DNA of 43,482 nucleotides. Origin: Chrysochromulina tobinii (lineage: Eukaryota). The stretch lies in contig JWZX01003312.1 of NCBI GenBank assembly GCA_001275005.1, forward strand, positions 1 to 43,482, given 5' to 3'. Positions 10,438 through 20,500 of this stretch are shown here, one piece after another. Position numbers and translations under genes: made by a program. The notes beneath the pieces were generated by a model that was not told where the DNA came from, searched no databases, and was given only the letters and a program-made list of their open reading frames with translations. Position 1 is the stretch's first letter. Every line of letters starts with the position of its first letter.

Positions 10438-10852
10438 GCGTGCAGGTATCTTATAGTTGTTAGGTCACCACAGCTCCTGTGCAGTTACCGGTGTCCCGGC
10501 TCCCCCCGGTGTTTATTGAACCGGTGCCGGATGACGATTGACGTCATCCCTTTTGGATGTGTAAACTCAAGCTCGCATGCATTGTGTTCCATATCCATAT
10601 GCGTTCAAAGGGCGAACTCCGTCACGTCCGCCCGGTTGTCCGCTTCCCTACCCTGAGCGACGAGGCCCGCCTCCTACGCCAGCCAGCCATCGCGTGTTGT
10701 TGTTGTTGTCGTGTCCCACACTCCCTTCCCTGGGGGTTTCTGAGGAATTGGGGGGACGTCGTGTTCGTAACTCTTCACATCCCAAACAGAGCCCAAGGGC
10801 TGTTTAAATGCTGCAAAGTTGATGCGCTTTCCAAAACAAGAAGGTCCGCTGT

Positions 10853-13110
10853 ATGCTCGTCGGCGAGCTGGGAATGCCTCTCGGCGAGCTGGGAGTGCCT
10901 CTCAGCACTTTGGTCAAAGCGCGAGTCGGCGACGTCTACAGTGGTCAAAGCACGAGTCACGGGAGTGCATGTGTAGACGTCGCCGACTGGACTAATGGGC
11001 ACGGTAAGACGTGCACAGACTACGCCTTCGCGTGCGCCGACGGCGACTTCAAGCCCGAGTTCCGCTGGCTGGCTGGAATGGAGTTCCACTCGCCCGAGAC
11101 AGCGTGCTGCGCGTGCGGTCGGCAGACGCATGGACGGTCGCGGCCGCCGCCGCCGCCGGAAGTGCCCAAAACCGTGCACGGGTACTCTTTCCACATCTCG
11201 TCGTACTGCCGCGGCGCCGACCGCGAGGTGAAGAAGCCCACGTTCGCAGATTGCGAGTCGCACTGCGCGAGCAGGAAGTGCGCGTGCGCGCACTTTGGCA
11301 ACGGCCTGTGCCGCATGGGCTACACGTACCTCGGGCTGATCCACTCCAAAGGTGACTTCAGCGCGATGGTGCGGCCCGACGCGGTGTCGGACCCGGGTGC
11401 GCTCGCGGCGCAAGCACGCGAGGAGGCTACGCCAGCGGAGACGTGCAGAAGTTCGCTCGCGCGCCGCATGCCGCCGAAGTTCTACATGTACGACGGGCCC
11501 GAGTTCCTCTGGGGCGAGCGCCTTGCTGCGTGCTACCATCGCAAGTATGGGCACGCACCGTGGGCTATGGCCAAGTTCTTCAAGAACAACACGGGCTACA
11601 CCGAGGCGGGGCCGGCGCCGCAGGAGGATCTGTCACACGCGCTCTGGCTGCACACGAGCCTCGTGCGCCACCGGCATCGCACCAAGGACCCGTCCGCCGC
11701 CATGCTGTACGTCGTTCCAGCCTTCGGCTCCCTCTCGGAGGCGACCGGTACGTGTGAAGGGAAGACTCACACCGAGCGTCTGGCGGACGCTGCGGCGACG
11801 ATGAAGCGGAGTCCGTGGCTAGCCACGGCGGCCGCGCGGCACGTCGTGTACGCGGCCGCGGACCGGTCCGACCTGTCTCCCCTCGGCGAGCTGGGCATGC
11901 TGCTCAGCAAGGCTGGCGTGATGGCCTGGTGCACGAGCCCATCGCGCTGCTTCGGGCGCTTCACGAGGCGCGTCGAAATCCCTATGCTACCGTTGCTCTC
12001 GCTCATGCACCCCAGAGTGCACCCGCGCCTCGTCGGCGAGGCATGCCCGCGGGAGCGCGATGGGAGCGCGCGAAGCGGCGTGCCGCGCCGTCACACCACC
12101 GTCTTCTTTCGGGGCTCGCATTGCGATTCGGTCGCGGCCCAGCAGGTACGCGTCAAGCTCGCCGACCTTCGCTGCATGCAGGTGCTCACCACGGCGCCCT
12201 CTTTCCACAGGTACGCGTCAAGCTCGCCGACCTTCGCGACCTAGGCGAGGGCACGACAGTGGACGTCAAGTTCACGCGCGGTGGGCCCAAGCTCAGCTCG
12301 TCGGCGCGCACCGCGCTCGGAGGGAAGGACGTGCGGATGCCGTACAACACGGACCTGTACGCCCAAGGGATGCTCCTTCGCGGCATGCAAGTGCTCACCA
12401 CGGCGCCATCTCCCCACAGGTACGCCCAAGGGATGCTCCGCGCGGACTTTTGTGTGCTGCCGAGAGGGGACGAGGCCAACCCGGGTCGACGTCTTTTGGA
12501 CGCAGTCGCTGCTGGCTGCGTGCCGATGATCATTGGGGATACGATTCGGCTGCCTCTCGCGCCGCTCATCGCGTACAAGAACTTCACCGTTCGTGTGCCC
12601 GAGTCCGAGTTCCTGCGCGACCCGCACGCGGCCGTGAACGAGGTGCTCACGACGGCGCTCACACGCTGATGACCTCTGATTGCCTCTGATTGCCACTGAT
12701 TGCCTCCCTCATTGCATGCAGGTGCTCATGACGGCGCTCCCCACGCTGATGACCTCTGATTGCCTCTGATTGCCACTGATTGCCTCCCTCATTGCATGCA
12801 GGTGCTCCGGACGGCGCTACCCCACCTCGGGGCGCTGCGCCGAGCGCTCCTCGGGGCACGCGACCAGCTGCTGCTCGGCACGGGTACCGGCCCGCTCGCG
12901 GCCAACCACACGGCAACCGCGCACGGGTCCGACCTCGCACTCCTCGCGGCGGGGCGCACTTTCTGCCCGAGGGCGCCTGCCACATTTAAGGCGTGCGGCT
13001 TCGACGGCCTCGAGCAGGTGGTCCCGCGCTCAGCACCCGCCACCAGAGGCAGTACTGCACCCCGTCCCGCACACGGCACACCACGCGCAACAATCGTAAA
13101 GTATGTGTGA
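10853..13110 (+). CDS. Exostosin / GT47 family glycosyltransferase; predicted exons 10853-12145, 12211-12356, 12420-12642, 12802-13110 (~656 aa; start uncertain)
   Basis: GT47 motifs KFYMYD, RTKDPSAAMLYVVP, VFFRG and, after splicing, YAQGMLRADFCVLPRGD...RRLLDAVAAGCVPMIIGDTIRLPL. Three GT-AG introns restore one frame. Cys-rich N-terminal modules (~10970-11310). Confidence 0.85.
12146..12210 (+). mobile_element. 65-nt intron, introner-like (27-nt copy of downstream exon start + shared 38-nt cassette)
   Basis: GTACGC...CCACAG. 12146-12172 is identical to 12211-12237. 12173-12210 is the cassette. Removal repairs the frame. Confidence 0.75.
12357..12419 (+). mobile_element. 63-nt intron, introner-like (20-nt copy of downstream exon start + shared cassette)
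   Basis: 12357-12376 is identical to 12420-12439. Cassette at 12382-12419. Removal restores the GT47 motif YAQGMLRADFC. Confidence 0.72.
12643..12801 (+). repeat. 159-nt intron made of two head-to-tail GT...AG units (79 and 80 nt) with TGATTGCC(T/A)C microrepeats
   Basis: Units 12643-12721 and 12722-12801 are nearly identical, each GTGCTCA...ATTGCATGCAG. Contains an in-frame stop; removal joins ...AVNE|VLRTALPHL. Confidence 0.85.
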
Positions 13111-13305
13111 TCTTACCTTGTGTTCCTTTTACTCGAACGAGAGTGTCGACAAGACAAAAGTGTTTTTTAGTGTCAAGAAGTTCCGCCAAAGTATCCGGAT
13201 ACCGAAAGCGGCCGCTTTTAATTTGATTTTGGACCAAAATTGGAAAAAAAGGTACTTGAAGCGGCGTCTCGGTTCTCTCATTGCGCACGTCCATCAAGGC
13301 ACTCA

Positions 13306-16300
13306 ATGTCGAATCAGGCCTTCCTCGCACGGCAGCGTCGGATTGCCCAGGAAGCGCCCGAGGCTCTGTTTCTTGAATCTTTTACGACAAAGAAGCCACC
13401 AGTGCCAACAAACGTGTCGTCGGTGAAGACCCTTCGTCAGCCCAAAGAGCAAGAGCCGCCACCACCGCGAACCGCGATGCGTAGATTCGTAATCGAGCCG
13501 CTACAGGCACTCAACATGATGCTCAACTCGAAGACGGTTCAGACGCTGCTGTACGCAGCCTTCGTGTTCACCACGCAGTTAGTCATATACACGCTGCGTG
13601 CTCAGGAAGAGTACTACCTCGACAAGTTCTACACTGACACGCTCATGTGAGTGACGCGACCGCGACCGCGACCGCGACCGCGACCGCGACCGCACGCGCA
13701 CGCACACGCGCGTGGAGCCCCTCTTGCCCCCCCCCGCTGTTGCTGAGCTGCCGCCGCGTGCGTGAACAGCGCCAACGTCTTCGACGGAGATCTCAATAAA
13801 TTCTTCACCATCCGCCGCCCTGCGGACATCTGGCAGTGGGGCAATGCGGTGCTGTGGCCTGGCCTGCTCGGCAACCTCGGCCCCGAGAACTCACAGCAGC
13901 AGGACGAGGGCGGCCGCTTCCAGTCATGGCAGCCGGACATGGCTGGGACGACCAACTTGACTAGACCTGGAAGCCCCTTTTACAACAACGACCTTCTGCC
14001 CGATGGCGAGGGTTACCTGGGGACCGGTGGCGGAGGAACTCCTCCGACGGTGGCGGAGGTCGTCGACCGCATGAACCAATTCGATTGGACGGACGGCTTA
14101 CGCATCCTGCAGGTACGTGCCGCGCCAACGAGCGCGGAAAGCTGTGGTTCAGCGACCATCGGTGGCAAATGCTATCCAGAGATGGGCAGAGATGGGTACA
14201 ATGATGACACGGCGCCGTTTGGATTCAATTGGACTCACAAAGAAGGCAATGCGCCCCTGAGCTACCCATTCCTCTGGCACTCAGCGGTGGAGATGGGCTC
14301 GGCCCCGTTTATTAGCTCGTCAGCACCCTCGAGCCACCGCGAGTTCTCTGGCGACGGCTACGCCTCCTTCGTCATCCCCTTCTTCTCGGATGAGTACTTG
14401 CCAGATCAGCGGGGCAAACCTTGCGTGAGCGGACGCACGGCTTCCGGGCCCTGTGTGAGGGACTTCACGCCGCACCGCATCATGCGTGCGAAAGCTCTCA
14501 CGAGAGTGCCTCGCTACTTCTGTGTACGGCTCTCGTGGGATGCTGAGCACGTACACCAGCTGTGTGACCCGAACGATCCCAATAACAACAACCGGACCAC
14601 AGGCATCGTGCGTGGCGCGACTGTCGAGTTCTGGAACGATATGAGGCGCGCGCAGTACGTGGACCCGGCGACACGGATGCTCGAAGTTCGGGTCCCCCTA
14701 GCTTCGAATCCCGCGGGCGTGCGCTCCACCGCACGGCTGATGTTTGAGTTCACCTCGACAGGCGGGGTGCTGCCGTCGTATGACACGATGACGCGCGTCG
14801 CAAAGGACTCCTCGCTGGACGATCTGGAGTTTTTGGTCCTCATCGGCCTTGCATTCTGCATCTACTTCGGTGCGATGGAGATTTTTGAGATCATCTCAAT
14901 CGGCATCAGCAGGTACGCCGCTGCCGCCCCCCTCCTTCAAGCCCCATCAACCCCTTCTATCACCCTACCCCTGCTTCAACGACCTGCCTTGCCGATGCCT
15001 GAGGCCCCTCCACGCTACCGTCTATTCACAGCTACATCTCGGATATGTGGAACTTGATGGACTGGACGGTGTACAGCCTTTACGCCTTTGTCTTCCTCCG
15101 ATCGAAGACCTACGTCGAGCACGTGCGCAACCCGGTCTGCGGAGGGATCTGCACCACGATTGGCTTCCTCGACGACCATGTGCAGGTGGAAGATGCACGT
15201 TCGCTCAAGTTTTCCCTCGCGCTGTGCGTCTGCGTGCAGCTGCTCAAGATCATGAAGATCTCGGCGATCCTCGTCCCGAAAATGGGCTTGACGCCCTCGG
15301 TGCTCAAGAAGGCGCTTCCAGACATGATCTTCTTCTCGTTCGTCTTTGCTGTGTCGCTCTTCGCATTCTCCAACATGCTCTTCATCCAGCTCGGCACGGG
15401 CATGAAAGAGTTCTCCACGCAGTTCACTTCCTTAATCACCCTCGGGCGTGCCCTCTTTGGCGACTTCGACATGACCGAGGTCATCTCCAACTCGCCGAAT
15501 TGTGCGTCGTCACTCCATCTTGCCCTCCTTGGGCGCTCGTTGCGTCCGCCCGGACCTACCCAACGGCTAGCCAGCCCCCCTTCACCCTCCACAAACTAGC
15601 CCATCACCGCTGCTATTCATCGGAGTATAACGGGTTGTGGGGTCGAATCTCGTGACCGGGCAGACGGCAACACGATCCTCTTCCTGCTCTACCTCTTCTG
15701 CTCGATCTTCGTCCTGCTCTCCATGTTCCTCGCGATGCTCGGCGAGGCACAGGCCAACTTTCGTGACGACCAGCTCAACGCGCGCAAAGAGGCTGCCCGA
15801 AAAGGCGAGCAGCTGCCACCAGAGTACGGCATCCTCCACGAAGGCCAAAGGGCGATCGTGAAGGGTTTGATGCGAGTTCCAGTACTTAGGAAGCTTGTGA
15901 AGGATCCCGATGCCCACTTGGAAATGCACGAAAAGGGCACATTGATGTCCGTGTTCCAGGAGCAGATGGAGCAGATCGACCGCCTCGATGAGCGCTTGCT
16001 CGGTCTGAACGACAAAGTTGAAGACCTCATGGCCGCCTTCAAGGCTAGTATGAGGGGTGGCCCCTCCGCCTCGCTGCAGTCGCAGCAGTCCCAGGCGAAC
16101 TCACGAGGCAGTGACGGAACGCTCGAGCGCGTCGAGCGCCTGCTGCTCGAGATGCGGGAGATGCACGAGATGCGGTGGGAGAGCGACCCACGGAGACGGC
16201 ACAAGGCGAGCGGCAGGGAAAGTTCGTTAACGAGGTCCTTCAAGGAGATTAACGGACCGGGGGAAGAATCTCGGGGAGAATCTCGGAATGCCCGACCAGA

Positions 16301-16523
16301 CGATCGGAAGGCACCAGAAGCCACTCACACTCAGGGAGAATCTCGTCCGGGACATTCTCGTCGGAGAGACTCCTCCGGTGAACGCCGGGATCAACACCAC
16401 AGGCATGGCAGTAGAGAGCACCCGGGGAGGAGCACGTCAAGCATCACCAAGGAGCACACCTATACCAGGGAGCGTGCCCACAACGGATCGCCGGTTCTCG
16501 CCAGTCACAAGCTTCGAGCGTGA
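13306..16523 (+). CDS. Polycystin-2 (PKD2/TRPP)-like cation channel; predicted exons 13306-13646, 13770-14912, 15032-15501, 15664-16523 (~937 aa)
   Basis: Three GT-AG introns (13647-13769, 14913-15031, 15502-15663) give one frame. S1 helix, large extracellular loop (IRRPADIWQW, FWNDMRRAQYVDPATR, FEFTSTGGVLPS), YISDMWNLMDW, S4 LLKIMKI, pore FSTQFTSLITLGRALFGDFD, S6 LLSMFLAML, coiled-coil tail. Confidence 0.88.
13655..13690 (+). repeat. (CGCGAC)6 microsatellite in PKD2-like intron 1
   Basis: Six direct hexamer copies. Confidence 0.9.
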
Positions 16524-17577
16524 TGGAATAGGGCTACAAGGGCAAGGATACAATACGTTAATACAATACGGGGTTAAATACGGGGTACTGACATGCTGCA
16601 CTCGCGCCAGAACTCGCAATTTTCTTTGGGCTTTGAGTTGTGGCAGCGGAGCGCGGCCACGTTCGTCGTACTGAGCACCCTCCCGGACCCGTACTATCTC
16701 CAGAATAGGGGGATTCAGAGCTCGGCCCCTGGCCAGCTCTCGGGTATGAGTGTTTAATGAGTGTTGAGTCGACTAAAATCATCATACCTTCTAACTAGAA
16801 ACACGTGCGGTGATTGGACTGATTTCTGATCGTGCACAGACCACAGAAAGACCTAGCTCCTAGGCGGGAAACAATCATCATGAATCTAGCGAGCCATAAG
16901 CAATGTCGACGCGTGCGGCAAGAACGAAGAAGCCCCCGGACTTGAACGACGTAAAAAGGTCAGGGGCAGCGGGACCCACGCGCCTCCCCGTCCCCAAAAG
17001 GCGCGGCAAATTAGTAACACATGTAGTAACGTTTGGCTTTGGGCGCCCGGCCGGGCGCCCGCGCACAAACGTACAACCCGACCCGCGACCGCAGGTCACT
17101 GGTTACAGCACCGAGATCCGCGCGCACCATGTCCATGTGCTATGTTCAGTGCTATGTTCTCGGCTCAGCCTCATACTCACACAAGCCCCGCTGCTTTCCG
17201 ACACAGCCGCACCGCCCCCGGCCGCTCGGGGGCCCCGATGCAGGTTGCAGCCAGCGATCGATGGCAGCCGGCCTGCTTCGCGCCCGCATGCCGCATCTGT
17301 CTCCGACCTGCACACAAACGCCGTGCTAAACCGAACTGCGGTCCTTACGCCCACTCGAGGCACTCCCACTTTGTACCGGTACGCGTGCTCCATGCCTCAC
17401 CACATGCGCCGCCCCTTCCCCGGCTTCCATCTGCCCGACAGCGCGGTCGCTACGCCCACGACGGATGCCCGCGCCCTTCTCTGCTCTTCGAGAGAGCCCG
17501 TAAAGCGCCAGGGTAGGGGCGGAGCATCTCGTCCCCATCTCTTCAAATCTCGTCCTCATCTCCCCACTCGGCCCGTT

Positions 17578-20500
17578 TCAGATCGCGAGCATCTCGTCCT
17601 CACGACCTCTCGACTCGTCAAAGCGCGGCTGCGGCGGCAGCCCCGCCGTCGCGCGCTCTTGCGCAAGCGGCGCGGCCGTGAGGTCGGAGAAGATGGCCGC
17701 GGGGGGCGAGGCAAGCAGCCCGTGCGAGCCCGCGAGGGTGGAGGCGCGCGGCTTCATATTGGCCTCCACTTTGACCTGAGGCGCGCGCAGCCCCCGCGCA
17801 GCTGCCGGCACCGGCCCGGCGCTCGGCGAGGCGGTGGCTGGTCCCATGGCCGTGAGAGTCGCGGCCCACGAGCTCTTCGAGAGCATATCTCCGGGAGAGA
17901 GCCCGAGGAGATCGCCCTCGCGCGCTGTCTCCATCGGAGGGAAGTCCTCGAACTTCATCAGCATTGGCGACTCGGGCGGCGGCGCTGGCGGCGGCGGCGG
18001 CGCCCGTCGCTGGCTGAGCGGCGGCGACAGCAGCGAGGCTAGCGATAGCTTCTCCTCGGCCACGGGCGGCGCGGCTGCCTTGGCCTGCAAAGCAGCTGCC
18101 GCCATGCTGGACGTGGTCGGGGGCGGCGGCGGACCAGGCAGCTTCGGCACGGTCTGCTTCAGCATCGAGGCACGCCGGTGAACCGGCAGTTTCGAAGTGG
18201 CGGCGCCTGGTACAGCGGCGCTCGGCAGCAGCGACTGGCGACCTGCGAGCGACTGGCGACCGGCGAGCGACTGGCGACCGGGGTTTGGCAGCAACGACGG
18301 GCGCGGCAGCAGCGACTCGCGTACCTTTGCGGGCGGCTCCTCCGCCGGCGGCGGCGGCGGGGGCGGCGCCGGCGCCAGCGGTGGAGAAAGGAGCTCGCCG
18401 AGGGGGCTCAGCAGGCTCGAGCCCTCGACTGGGCTCCGCAGCTGTCCATAGGCGGCGGCGCTCACGGCGGCGCTCTCCATCCCGGACACGTGGCTCGCCG
18501 TCCTCAGAAGCCGCCCGGGCGTGTCGAGGAGCCGCCCGGGCGTGCTCACGACGGCGGAGACGGCATTCGAGAGCTCAAGGCGGCATGCTTCGAAGAAGCC
18601 GAACGGGGTGCGCGCCTTAGCCTTGCTATTGGGCGTCGGTTGCGGGCGCGCGTGTACCTTGCTGCTGGGCGTGGGTTTCGGCTCGGGCATGGCCTGCAGC
18701 ATCACGCCCCTTGGCTGCTGATACGGCGGCGCCTCGACCACAGGAGCCGCCTCCTTGTGCTTCGCGCCGCCGCCTTCGGCGCCGCCCTCGGCTTCACCCT
18801 CGCCGCCGTTGGCATTGGCCGCGGAGCCGAAGCCAGCAGGCGGGATGCTCACGCGAGGGGAGAGCGGCGCACGGCGTGCGGAGAAGGGCTGGCTAGACGG
18901 CGCTGTCGTGGGCGGCGGCCCTCCGTCTGTGGAAGGAGTCGTCGTCGGCTGCGCTTCGAGAGCGGCCTCCGGCGCGGGCGTCGCGGCCAGTCCCGCCGCC
19001 CACGACGGCGCCCCTGGGCTCGTGAGCGAGGCTGGGGGGGGCAGCGGGGCGAGGTCGTCCGCCCACGACGGCACCCTAGGGCTCGTCAGCGAGGCTGGGG
19101 GAGGCAGCGGGGCAAGGTCGTCGTCGTCGTCGATGTCTTTGTCAATGGCAGCAATGGCCGCCTCGGCGGCCGCCTTGGCCCGGGCCGCCGCCGCCACCTC
19201 CGCCGGCGACGCCGCCACCACCCCTCCCGTGGCCGTGAACTGCCGGCTGCCCAGCACGGCGCTGCCCAGCACGGCGCTGCCCAGCACGGCGCTGCCCGGC
19301 ACGCGCGGCGTCAGGGCCTCTCGGAGCTCACGGTCCTTGCGCATCGCCTCCTCCCGAGCAGCCAGCAGCTCGGCGTCCTTGCGCTGGGCCTCCTCCGCGA
19401 GCGACGAGAGCTCCGACTCGAACTCCATGAACAGCCCGTGCTTCTCCTCGCGCTCGGCCTGCGGGTCGGTCGGTGTCGAACGCGCAGAGCCGTCAGCGCA
19501 ATCACAGGGCCAACATAGAGGCCATCCGAGTGGCCATCAGAGGCCATCCGAGAGGCCATCAGAGAGGCCATCAGGGAGGCCATCAAGCGCACTTGTGCAC
19601 GCCGCTCCGCCTCGAGCATCTTCTCTTCCAACTCCAGCTTCTCCTGCTCCATCCTTTCCATCTTCTCGGCCATCATCACCTTCTCCTCGAGCTCGCGCAG
19701 CTCCACGCGTACCTGTGGGGAGAGGGCGCCGTGATGAGCACTTGCATGCAGCGCAGGGCACGGGCAGCTCGACGCGTACCGCGAGCAGCCGGCGCCAGCG
19801 CCCTTGCAGCCGCATCGCCGCCACCATCGCCGCCAGCTCGGCCGGCATCGCCGCGAAGTAGCCGCCAACGCGCATGCCGCTGCGCATGCCGCTGCCGCCC
19901 GTGCTGCCCGTGCCGCAGCCGCCCGCCCCCGCGTTCGTCGCGATAAGTGCAATCGTCGCGCGTGTGTGCCGGTCGTACGCCGCGCGCTCGCGCTCGCGCG
20001 TCTTGCGTCGCTCCTCGCGCAGCCGACGTGCGGACAGCCGAGCTTTGAGCCCTCGAGCGCCCGCCTCGAGCTTCGTCGCCGCGCCCGTCCGGTGCATTTG
20101 CGATGCGAGGGCACGGGCGGCCGCCTCGCGTTGCTTGACGGCTGCGTTCGTCCGTCCCTCGAGCGACGCACGCTTCATGGAGTAGTGCTTGCGAGCGAGC
20201 GCGCCGCGCACCGCCGTCTGCACCTTCACCACCGCGAGCAGACGATGGACCTGGCGTGCGCGTTCCTTGCGCGCCGCCGCCGCCGCCTCGCGCTTGCTAG
20301 CGGCCACCGCTCTGAGTGCCGAGAGGGCCTTGCGGGCGAGCGCCGCGCGCCACACGCACTGCAGGCGCACGCACGCCGCGCGCTCGGCCTTGGCTTGCCC
20401 TTTCGCCTCCCGCTGTGCCCGCGCCGCCACCAGCCGGCGCTGCTTCTCGGCCTTCTCGTCGGCCACCGCTGCGCGGCGCGTCGCCGCGACGCGACGACCG

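Noticed and set aside
12643..12801. Possible CRISPR-like repeat array
   Set aside because: Contiguous tandem units without unique spacers, inside a spliceosomal intron, with no cas genes.
17041..17060. Perfect 20-nt palindrome GGGCGCCCGGCCGGGCGCCC
   Set aside because: All G/C in a GC-rich genome, with no flanking element structure; function unsupported.
17522..17602. Three ATCTCGTCC(C/T)CA repeats overlapping the myosin stop codon, possibly marking another intron and an alternative C-terminus
   Set aside because: No convincing downstream exon could be assembled; needs RNA-seq.
16903..18042. 379-aa plus-strand ORF between the PKD2-like and myosin genes
   Set aside because: No recognisable motif, Arg/Pro-rich, and partly antisense to the myosin tail. 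A small spliced gene here cannot be excluded but is unsupported.
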